From: Leptogorgia sarmentosa
Taxonomy: Eukaryota
Reading direction: 5' to 3'
NCBI GenBank assembly: GCA_964658305.1
Contig: OZ210885.1
Location: 16,368,001-16,432,000 of the forward strand
Length of the DNA stretch: 64,000 nt
This document shows, in pieces, positions 52,901 to 64,000 of this stretch (position 1 is its first letter; every line of letters starts with the position of its first letter). Position numbers and translations under genes: made by a program. The notes beneath the pieces are model-generated. The model did no database searches, had not been told where the DNA came from, and saw only the letters and a program-made list of their open reading frames with translations.

Positions 52901-55900
52901 TACGAGTAGGAAAATACCGGTTCTCGTCTGATCACCGAAGTTAAGCCTAGGTGGGCAAAGTTAGTATTTGCATGGGTGACCACCTAGGAATACTTTGTGT
53001 TGTAGACTTACTTCATTTTATTGCATGTGTGTTTGGAAATAGGTTTGCTTTCAATGTAAACTTCAGGGATTTTGTTATTGCTACATCTGGAAATACTTTG
53101 TATTGTTGTTTTGCTAAATGTTATTTAATGCCTATTTGTAAATATAATTCCTTTCAACTTCAACTTCAGGGTTTTGTTATTGTTACACGTTTAAAAAGTG
53201 TAACTTCCATCAACAAGTGTCTACAACCATACCAGTAGGAAAATACCGATTCTCGTCTGATCACCGAAGTTAAGCCTAGGTGGGCAAAGTTAGTAGTTGG
53301 ATGGGTGACCACCTGGGAATACTTTGTGTTGTAGACTTGCTTCATTTTGTTGTATGTGTGTTTGTAAGTAGGTTTGCTTTCAATTTCAACTTCAGGGTTT
53401 TGTTATTGTTACACGTTTAAAAAGTGTAACTTCCATCAATAAATGTCTACGACCATACCAGTAGGAAAATACCGGTTCTCGTCTGATCACCGAAGTTAGG
53501 CCTAGGTGGGAAAAGTTAGTACTTGGATGGGTGACCACCTGGGAATACTTTGTGTTGTAGACTTGCTTCATTTTATTGTATGTGTGTTTGTAAATAGGTT
53601 TGCTTTCAATTTCAACTTCAGGGATTTTGTTATTGCTACATCTGGAAATATTTTGTATTGTTGTTTTGCTAAATGTTATTTAATGCCTATTTGTAAATAT
53701 AATTCCTTTCAACTTCAACTTCAGGGTTTTATTATTGTTACACGTTTAAAAAGTGTAACTTCCATCAACAAGTGTCTACGACCATACCAGTAGGAAAATA
53801 CCGGTTCTCGTCTGATCACCGAAGTTAAGCCTAGGTGGGAAAAGTTAGTACTTGGATGGGTGACCACCTGGGAATACTTTGTGTTGTAGACTTGCTTCAT
53901 TTTATTGTATGTGTGTTTGTAAATAGGTTTGCTTTCAATTTCAACTTCAGGGTTTTGTTATTGTTACACGTTTAAAAAGTGTAACTTCCATCAACAAATG
54001 TCTACGACCATACCAGTAGGAAAATACCGGTTCTCGTCTGATCACCGAAGTTAAGCCTAGGTGGGCAAAGTTAGTACTTGGATGGGTGACCACCTGGGAA
54101 TACTTTGTGTTGTAGACTTACTTCATTTTATTGCATGTGTGTTTGTAAATAGGTTTGCTTTCAATGTAAACTTCAGGGATTTTGTTATTGCTACATCTGG
54201 AAATACTTTGTATTGTTGTTTTGCTAAATGTTATTTAATGCCTATTTGTAAATATAATTCCTTTCAACTTCAACTTCAGGGTTTTGTTATTGTTACACGT
54301 TTAAAAAGTGTAACTTCCATCAACAAGTGTCTACAACCATACCAGTAGGAAAATACCGATTCTCGTCTGATCACCGAAGTTAAGCCTAGGTGGGCAAAGT
54401 TAGTAGTTGGATGGGTGACCACCTGGGAATACTTTGTGTTGTAGACTTGCTTCATTTTGTTGTATGTGTGTTTGTAAGTAGGTTTGCTTTCAATTTCAAC
54501 TTCAGGGTTTTGTTATTGTTACACGTTTAAAAAGTGTAACTTCCATCAATAAATGTCTACGACCATACCAGTAGGAAAATACCGGTTCTCGTCTGATCAC
54601 CGAAGTTAGGCCTAGGTGGGAAAAGTTAGTACTTGGATGGGTGACCACCTGGGAATACTTTGTGTTGTAGACTTGCTTCATTTTATTGTATGTGTGTTTG
54701 TAAATAGGTTTGCTTTCAATTTCAACTTCAGGGATTTTGTTATTGCTACATCTGGAAATATTTTGTATTGTTGTTTTGCTAAATGTTATTTAATGCCTAT
54801 TTGTAAATATAATTCCTTTCAACTTCAACTTCAGGGTTTTATTATTGTTACACGTTTAAAAAGTGTAACTTCCATCAACAAGTGTCTACGACCATACCAG
54901 TAGGAAAATACCGGTTCTCGTCTGATCACCGAAGTTAAGCCTAGGTGGGAAAAGTTAGTACTTGGATGGGTGACCACCTGGGAATACTTTGTGTTGTAGA
55001 CTTGCTTCATTTTATTGTATGTGTGTTTGTAAATAGGTTTGCTTTCAATTTCAACTTCAGGGTTTTGTTATTGTTACATCTGGAAATACTTTGTATTGTT
55101 GTTTTGCTAAATGTTATTTAATCCCTATTTGTAAATATAATTCCTTTCAATTTCAACTTCAGGGTTTTGTTATTGTTACACGTTTAAAAAGTGTAACTTC
55201 CATCAACAAATGCCTACGACCGTACGAGTAGGAAAATACCGGTTCTCGTCTGATCACCGAAGTTAAGCCTAGGTGGGTAAAGTTAGTAGTTGGATGGGTG
55301 ACCACCTGGGAATACTTTGCGTTGTAGACTTGCTTCATTTTGTTGTATGTGTGTTTGTAAGTAGGTTTGCTTTCAATTTCAACTTCAGGGTTTTGTTATT
55401 GTTACATGTTTAAAAAGTGTAACTTCCATCAACAAATGTCTACGACCATACCAGTAGGAAAATACCGGTTCTCGTCTGATCACCGAAGTTAAGCCTAGGT
55501 GGGCAAAGTTAGTACTTGGATGGGTGACTACCTGGGAATACTTTGTGTTGTAGACTTGCTTCATTTTATTGTTTGTGTGTTTGTAAATAGGTTTGCTTTC
55601 AATTTCAACTTCAGGGTTTTGTTATTGTTACACGTTTAAAAATTGTAACTTCCATCAACAAATGTCTACGACCATACCAGTAGGAAAATACCGGTTCTCG
55701 TCTGATCACCGAAGTTAAGCCTAGGTGGGAAAAGTTAGTACTTGGATGGGTGACCACCTGGGAATACTTTGTGTTGTAGACTTGATTGATTTTATTGTAT
55801 GTGTGTTTGTAAATAGGTTTGCTTTCAATTTCAACTTCAGGGTTTTGTTATTGTTACACGTTTAAAAAGTGTAACTTCCATCAACAAATGTCTACGACCA

Positions 55901-56304
55901 TACCAGTAGGAAAATACCGGTTATCGTCTGATCACCGAAGTTAAGCCTAGGTGGGCAAAGTTAGTACTTGGATGGGTGACCACCTGGGAATACTTTGTGT
56001 TGTAGACTTGCTTCATTTTGTTGTATGTGTGTTTGTAAGTAGGTTTGCTTTCAATTTCATCTTCAGGGTTTTGTTATTGTTACACGTTTAAAAAGTGTAA
56101 CTTCCATCAACAAATGTCTACGACCATACCAGTAGGAAAATACCGGTTCTCGTCTGATCACCGAAGTTAAGCCTAGGTGGGCAAAGTTAGTACTTGGATG
56201 GGTGACTACCTGGGAATACTTTGTGTTGTAGACTTGCTTCATTTTATTGTATGTGTGTTTGTAAATAGGTTTGCTTTCAATTTCAACTTCAGGGTTTTGT
56301 TATT

Positions 56305-57140
56305 AGTGAGTTTGGGAAAAGGCGACGGCAACGCGAAAATGGAGCGCGGAGGCCTGGGTACGACAACGTCGATTGGTGCGCATGCCGTCGTAAAAAAATT
56401 TGTTTGGGAATTTCAGAACGGCAACGTTAAAATTTTCGGCGAGAAAAATAAATGGCTTCCGTGGAAGAAACAATTGGTGCGCTCTGTTTAGCATATTAAT
56501 GTGAAGTTTATTTCTGTGTTCGAGTTTAAATTCGACATGCTTTTTTTCCAAACAGCGCCAATCTCGCGAGATCCTTTAGGAAAATCGAACGGCCTTTCTG
56601 CCAGCATTTCTTTTACAAGTTCCAGGTCGTGTTGTGGTGTCCATTTCACGGCCACATTCGCTTTCCTTTACAATATAAAAAGATTTAACATAAACAAATT
56701 ATTTAAATGTGTGAACAGATGTTAAAGTTATTTAAAAACTTTGAAAAAAATAAATACAAAGATCACAATCAGTTCGTATAATAAACACAAACGTGTAACC
56801 GTAGCCAATAGCGCAATACAAATTGTTTACAATATGTCAAGCAATATGTCAAGCGAACAATATGTTCAGAAATTACTGTTTATAATAACTACTAGGATAG
56901 CATGAAGCGATACTTATCATTATTAGCAGTTATAAAAGCAATACTTACTTATTTTCGGCCATTTTTCTTTCCAAAACAGAGCAGAAATACAGAAGTTGTC
57001 TTGACAACGTGAAATAGAGCGAAATGCCGTTCTGAACGCGCCGTCAAATAAAAGACAACGTGAAATTGTTTGTAGTGCCAGTCTTTTTGCTCGGCCAATG
57101 CCGTTGCCGTCGCCTTCGCGTTGTGTTTCCCAAACTCACT
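56305..57140. mobile_element. Non-autonomous PIF/Harbinger-like TIR element, copy 3
   Basis: Same TIRs, TSD and flanks. Shares CAGCGCC with copy 2 and has a private AGAATT>AGATTT change. Confidence 0.93.
56488..56962 (-). pseudogene. Truncated spliced Myb/SANT-like gene, copy 3
   Basis: As copy 1 (offset +22049), with D42A. Confidence 0.68.
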
Positions 57141-60100
57141 ATTAATACACACGTTTAAAAAGTGTAACTTCCATCAACAAATGTCTACAACCATACCAGT
57201 AGGAAAATACCGGTTCTCGTCTGATCACCGAAGTTAGGCCTAGGTGGGAAAAGTTAGTACTTGGATGGGTGATCACCTGGGAATACTTTGTGTTGTAGAC
57301 TTGCTTCATTTTATTGTATGTGTGTTTGTAAATAGGTTTGCTTTCAATTTCAACTTCAGGGTTTTGTTATTGTTACACGTTTAAAAAGTGTAACTTCCAT
57401 CAACAAATGTCTACCACCATACCAGTAGGAAAATACCGGTTCTCGTCTGATCACCGAAGTAAAGCCTAGGTGGGCAAAGTTAGTACTTGGATGGGTGACC
57501 ACCTGGGAATACTTTGTGTTGTAGACTTGCTTCATTTTATTGTATGTGTGTTTGTAAGTAGGTTTGCTTTCAATTTCAACTTCAGGGTTTTGTTATTGTT
57601 ACACGTTTAAAAAGTGTAAGTTCCATCAACAAATGTCTACGACCATACCAGTAGGAAAATACCGGTTCTCGTCTGATCACCGAAGTTAAGCCTAGGTGGG
57701 AAAAGTTAGTACTTGGATGGGTGACCACCTGGGAATACTTTGTGTTGTAGACTTGCTTCATTTTATTGTATGTGTGTTTGTAAATAGGTTTGCTTTCAAT
57801 TTCAACTTCAGGGTTTTGTTATTGTTACACGTTTAAAAAGTGTAACTTCCATCAACAAATGTCTACGACCATACCAGTAGGAAAATACCGGTTCTCGTCT
57901 GATCACCGAAGTTAAGCCTAGGTGGGCAAAGTTAGTACTTGGATGGGTGACCACCTGGGAATACTTTGTGTTGTAGACTTGCTTCATTTTATTGTATGTG
58001 TGTTTGTAAATAGGTTTGCTTTCAATGTAAACTTCAGGGATTTTGTTATTGCTACATCTGGAAATACTTTGTATTGTTGTTTTGCTAAATTTTATTTAAT
58101 GCCTATTTGTAAATATAATTCCTTTCAATTTCAACTTCAGGGTTTTGTTATTGTTACACGTTTAAAAAGTGTAACTTCCATCAACAAATGTCTACGACCA
58201 TACCAGTAGGAAAATACAGGTTCTCGTCTGATCACCGAAGTTAAGCCTAGGTGGGCAAAGTTAGTACTTGGATGGGTGACTACCTAGGAATACTTTGTGT
58301 TGTAGACTTGCTTCATTTTATTGTATGTGTGTTTGTAAATAGGTTTGCTTTCAATTTCAACTTCAGGGTTTTGTTATTGTTACACGTTTAAAAAGTGTAA
58401 CTTCCATCAACAAATGTCTACAACCATACCAGTAGGAAAATACCGGTTCTCGTCTGATCACCGAAGTTAGGCCTAGGTGGGAAAAGTTAGTACTTGGATG
58501 GGTGATCACCTGGGAATACTTTGTGTTGTAGACTTGCTTCATTTTATTGTATGTGTGTTTGTAAATAGGTTTGCTTTCAATTTCAACTTCAGGGTTTTGT
58601 TATTGTTACACGTTTAAAAAGTGTAACTTCCATCAACAAATGTCTACCACCATACCAGTAGGAAAATACCGGTTCTCGTCTGATCACCGAAGTAAAGCCT
58701 AGGTGGGCAAAGTTAGTACTTGGATGGGTGACCACCTGGGAATACTTTGTGTTGTAGACTTGCTTCATTTTATTGTATGTGTGTTTGTAAGTAGGTTTGC
58801 TTTCAATTTCAACTTCAGGGTTTTGTTATTGTTACACGTTTAAAAAGTGTAAGTTCCATCAACAAATGTCTACGACCATACCAGTAGGAAAATACCGGTT
58901 CTCGTCTGATCACCGAAGTTAAGCCTAGGTGGGAAAAGTTAGTACTTGGATGGGTGACCACCTGGGAATACTTTGTGTTGTAGACTTGCTTCATTTTATT
59001 GTATGTGTGTTTGTAAATAGGTTTGCTTTCAATTTCAACTTCAGGGTTTTGTTATTGTTACACGTTTAAAAAGTGTAACTTCCATCAACAAATGTCTACG
59101 ACCATACCAGTAGGAAAATACCGGTTCTCGTCTGATCACCGAAGTTAAGCCTAGGTGGGCAAAGTTAGTACTTGGATGGGTGACCACCTGGGAATACTTT
59201 GTGTTGTAGACTTGCTTCATTTTATTGTATGTGTGTTTGTAAATAGGTTTGCTTTCAATGTAAACTTCAGGGATTTTGTTATTGCTACATCTGGAAATAC
59301 TTTGTATTGTTGTTTTGCTAAATTTTATTTAATGCCTATTTGTAAATATAATTCCTTTCAATTTCAACTTCAGGGTTTTGTTATTGTTACACGTTTAAAA
59401 AGTGTAACTTCCATCAACAAATGTCTACGACCATACCAGTAGGAAAATACCGGTTCTCGTCTGATCACCGAAGTTAAGCCTAGGTGGGCAAAGTTAGTAC
59501 TTGGATGGGTGACTACCTAGGAATACTTTGTGTTGTAGACTTGCTTCATTTTATTGTATGTGTGTTTGTAAATAGGTTTGCTTTCAATTTCAACTTCAGG
59601 GTTTTGTTATTGTTACACGTTTAAAAAGTGTAACTTCCATCAACAAATGTCTACAACCATACCAGTAGGAAAATACCGGTTCTCGTCTGATCACCGAAGT
59701 TAGGCCTAGGTGGGAAAAGTTAGTACTTGGATGGGTGACCACCTGGGAATACTTTGTGTTGTAGACTTGCTTCATTTTATTGTATGTGTGTTTGTAAATA
59801 GGTTTGCTTTCAATTTCAAGTTCAGGGTTTTGTTATTGTTACACGTTTAAAAAGTGTAACTTCCATCAACAAATGTCTACCACCATACCAGTAGGAAAAT
59901 ACCGGTTCTCGTCTGATCACCAAAGTTAAGCCTAGGTGGGCAAAGTTAGTACTTGGATGGGTGACTACCTGGGAATACTTTGTGTTGTAGACTTGCTTCA
60001 TTTTATTGTATGTGTGTTTGTAAATAGGTTTGCTTTCAATTTCAACTTCAGGGTTTTGTTATTGTTACACGTTTAAAAAGTGTAACTTCCATCAACAAAT

Positions 60101-63100
60101 GTCTACAACCATACCAGTAGGAAAATACCGGTTCTCGTCTGATCACCGAAGTTAGGCCTAGGTGGGAAAAGTTAGTACTTGGATGGGTGACCACCTGGGA
60201 ATACTTTGTGTTGTAGACTTGCTTCATTTTATTGTATGTGTGTTTGTAAATAGGTTTGCTTTCAATTTCAACTTCAGGGTTTTGTTATTGTTACACGTTT
60301 AAAAAGTGTAACTTCCATCAACAAATGTCTACGACCATACCAGTAGGAAAATACCGGTTCTCGTCTGATCACCGAAGTTAGGCCTAGGTGGGAAAAGTTT
60401 GTACTTGGATGGGTGACCACCTGGGAATACTTTGTGTTGTAGACTTGCTTCATTTTATTGTATGTGTGTTTGTAAATAGGTTTGCTTTCAATTTCAACTT
60501 CAGGGTTTTGTTATTGTTACACGTTTAAAAAGTGTAACTTCCATCAACAAATGTCTACGACCATACCAGTAGGAAAATACCGGTTCTCGTCTGATCACCG
60601 AAGTTAAGCCTAGGTGGGCAAAGTTAGTACTTGGATGGGTGACCACCTGGGAATACTTTGTGTTGTAGACTTGCTTCATTTTATTGTATGTGTGTTTGTA
60701 AATAGGTTTGCTTTCAATTTCACCTTCAGGGTTTTGTTATTGTTACACGTTTAAAAAGTGTAACTTCCATCAACAAATGTCTACGACCATACCAGTAGGA
60801 AAATACCGGTTCTCGTCTGATCACCGAACTTAAGCCTAGGTGGGAACAGTTAGTACTTGGATGGGTGACCACCTGGGAATACTTTGTGTTGTAGACTTGC
60901 TTCATTTTATTGTATGTGTGTTTGTAAATAGGTTTGATTTCAATTTCAACTTCAGGGTTTTGTTATTGTTACACATTTAAAAAGTGTAACTTCCATCAAC
61001 AAATGTCTACGACCATACCAGTAGGAAAATACCGGTTCTCGTCTGATCGCCGAAGTTAAGCCTAGGTGGGCAAAGTTAGTACTTGGATGGGTGACCACCT
61101 GGGAATACTTTGTGTTGTAGACTTGCTTCGTTTTATTGTATGTGTGTTCGTGAATAGGTTTGCTTTCAATGTAAACTTCAGGGATTTTGTTATTGCTACA
61201 TCTGGAAATACTTTGTATTGTTGTTTTGCTAAATGTTATTTAATCCCTATTTGTAAATATAATTCCTTTCAATTTCAACTTCAGGGTTCTGTTATTGTTA
61301 CACGTTTAAAAAGTGTAACTTCCATCAACAAATGCCTACGACCGTACGAGTAGGAAAATACCGGTTCTCGTCTGATCACCGAAGTTAAGCCTAGGTGGGT
61401 AAAGTTAGCAGTTGGATGGGTGACCACCTGGGAATACTTTGCGTTGTAGACTTGCTTCATTTTGTTGTATGTGTGTTTGTAAGTAGGTTTGCTTTCAATT
61501 TCAACTTCAGGGTTTTGTTATTGTTACACGTTTAAAAAGTGTAACTTCCATCAACAAATGTCTACGACCATACCAGTAGGAAAATACCGGTTCTCGTCTG
61601 ATCACCGAAGTTAAGCCTAGGTGGGCAAAGTTAGTACTTGGATGGGTGACTACCTGGGAATACTTTGTGTTGTAGACTTGCTTCATTTTATTGTTTGTGT
61701 GTTTGTAAATAGGTTTGCTTTCAATTTCAACTTCAGGGTTTTGTTATTGTTACACGTTTAAAAAGTGTAACTTCCATCAACAAATGTCTACGACCGTACG
61801 AGTGGGAAAATAGCGGTTCTCGTCAATCACCGAAGTTAAGCCTAGGTGGGCAAAGTTAGTAGTTGGATGGGTGACCACCTGGGAATACTTTGTGTTGTAG
61901 CCTTGCTTCATTTTATTGTATGTGTGTTTGTAAATAGGTTTGCTTTCAATGTAAACTTCAGGGATTTTGTTATTGCTACATCTGGAAATACTTTGTATTG
62001 TTCTTTTGCTAAATGTTATTTAATGCCTATTTGTAAATATAATTCCTTTCAATTTCAACTTCAGGGTTTTGTTATTGTTACACGTTTAAAAAGTGTTACT
62101 TCCATCAACAAATGTCTACGACGATACCAGTAGGAAAATACCGGTTCTTGTCTGATCACCGAAGTTAAGCGTAGGTGGGCAAAGTTAGTACTTGGATGGG
62201 TGACTACCTGGGAATACTTTGTGTTGTAGACTTGCTTCATTTTATTGTATGTGTGTTTGTAAATATAATTTCTTTCAATTTCAACTTCAGGGTTTTGTTA
62301 TTGTTACACGTTTGAAAAGTGTAACTTCCATCAACAAATGTCTACGACCATACCAGTAGCAAAATACCGGTTCTCGTCTAATTACCGAAGTTAAGCCTAG
62401 GTGGGCAAAGTTAGTACTTGGATAGCTGACCACCTGGGAATACTTTGTGTTGTAGACTTGCTTCATTTTATTGTATGTGTGTTTGTAAATAGGTTTGCTT
62501 TCAATTTCAACTTCAGGGTTTTGTTATTGTTACACGTTTAAAAAGTGTTACTTCCATCAACAAATGTCTACGACCATACCAGTAGGAAAATACCGATTCT
62601 CGTCTGATCACCGAAGTTAAGCCTAGGTGGGCAAAGTTAGTACTTGGATGGGTGACCACCTGGGAATACTTTGTGTTGTAGACTTCCTTCATTTTATTGT
62701 ATGTGTGTTTGTAAATAAGTTTGCTTTCAATTTCAACTTCAGGGTTTTGTTATTGTTACACGTTTAAAAAGTGTAACTTCCATCAACAAATGTCTACGAC
62801 CATACCAGTAGGAAAATACCGGTTCTTGTCTGATCACCGAAGTTAAGCGTAGGTGGGAAAAGTTAGTACTTGGATGGGTGACCACCTGGGAATACTTTGT
62901 GTTGTAGATTTGCTTCATTTTATTGTATGTGTGTTTTTAAATAGGTTTGCTTTCAATTTCAACTTCAGGGTTTTGTTATTGTTACACGTTTAAAAAGTGT
63001 AACTTCCATCAACAAATGTCTACGACCATACCAGTAGGAAAATACCGGTTCTCGTCTGATCACTGAAGTTAGGCCTAGGTAGGCAAAGTTAGTACTTGGA

Positions 63101-63798
63101 TGGGTGACCACCTGGGAATACTTTGTGTTGTAGACTTGCTCCATTTTATTGTATGTGTGTTTGTAAATAGGTTTGCTTTCAATGTAAACTTCAGGGATTT
63201 TGTTATTGCTACATCTGGAAATACTTTGTATTGTTGTTTTGCTAAATGTTATTTAATCCCTATTTGTAAATATAATTCCTTTCAATTTCAACTTCAGGGT
63301 TCTGTTATTGTTACACGTTTAAAAAGTGTAACTTCCATCAACAAATGCCTACGACCGTACGAGTAGGAAAATACCGGTTCTCGTCTGATCACCGAAGTTA
63401 AGCCTAGGTGGGTAAAGTTAGCAGTTGGATGGGTGACCACCTGGGAATACTTTGCGTTGTAGACTTGCTTCATTTTGTTGTATGTGTGTTTGTAAGTAGG
63501 TTTGCTTTCAATTTCAACTTCAGGGTTTTGTTATTGTTACACGTTTAAAAAGTGTAACTTCCATCAACAAATGTCTACGACCATACCAGTAGGAAAATAC
63601 CGGTTCTCGTCTGATCACCGAAGTTAAGCCTAGGTGGGCAAAGTTAGTACTTGGATGGGTGACTACCTGGGAATACTTTGTGTTGTAGACTTGCTTCATT
63701 TTATTGTTTGTGTGTTTGTAAATAGGTTTGCTTTCAATTTCAACTTCAGGGTTTTGTTATTGTTACACGTTTAAAAAGTGTAACTTCCATCAACAAAT

Positions 63799-63918
63799 GT
63801 CTACGACCATACCAGTAGGAAAATACCGGTTCTCGTCTGATCACCGAAGTTAAGCCTAGGTGGGCAAAGTTAGTACTTGGATGGGTGACCACCTGGGAAT
63901 ACTTTGTGTTGTAGACTT
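63799..63918 (+). rRNA. 5S rRNA gene (last complete copy in the window)
   Basis: Consensus-type sequence. Confidence 0.9.
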
Positions 63919-64000
63919 GCTTCATTTTGTTGTATGTGTGTTTGTAAGTAGGTTTGCTTTCAATTTCAACTTCAGGGTTTTGTTATTGTTACACGTTTAA

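Larger units (their letters stand above)
1..64000 (+). repeat. Tandem 5S rDNA array: ~245 head-to-tail units of 226 bp (short) or 329 bp (long), with minor 225/228/328/331-bp variants; extends beyond both window ends
   Basis: Gene starts GTCTACGACC at 156, 382, 608 (period 226), then 937 (period 329), and so on to 63799. Copy number is estimated from window length and a count of ~60 long units, not by enumerating every unit. Confidence 0.98.

Noticed and set aside
34256..57140. Site-specific 5S-targeting transposon with three independent insertions
   Set aside because: Identical flanking haplotypes indicate a single insertion later duplicated, so targeting cannot be inferred from this window.
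669..63366. Dozens of repeated 73-127 aa ORFs (MGKVSTWMGDHLG...)
   Set aside because: They are translations through the 5S gene and spacer, mostly from GTG starts. Their presence only tracks the spacer length class.
1..64000. CRISPR-like repeat/spacer interpretation
   Set aside because: Spacers are not unique, the repeat is a 120-nt 5S gene, and there are no cas genes.
1..64000. Species or phylum assignment
   Set aside because: The 5S motifs are invertebrate-like and compatible with a cnidarian, but they are not diagnostic without a database search.

Overview
The window is eukaryotic (invertebrate-type) DNA made almost entirely of a head-to-tail 5S rRNA gene array on the + strand, roughly 245 units by my estimate. 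Units are either short (226 bp: ~120-nt 5S gene plus ~106-bp spacer) or long (329 bp, about 60 of them). The extra 103 bp of the long unit is a decayed, 5'-deleted monomer. Diagnostic SNP haplotypes show the units are arranged in nested multi-kb higher-order repeats. The only non-array sequence is an 836-bp non-autonomous DNA transposon present in three near-identical copies (34256-35091, 49094-49929, 56305-57140), each at the same spacer position about 40 bp upstream of a 5S gene. It has 15-bp terminal inverted repeats (TIRs) and a probable ATT target-site duplication (TSD). It also carries a spliced Myb/SANT-like gene fragment on the minus strand that the ORF track misses, converging on a possible transposase start. 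These features suggest an internally deleted PIF/Harbinger-group (Pangu-like) element. The ORF-track proteins are spurious translations of 5S/spacer or element DNA.
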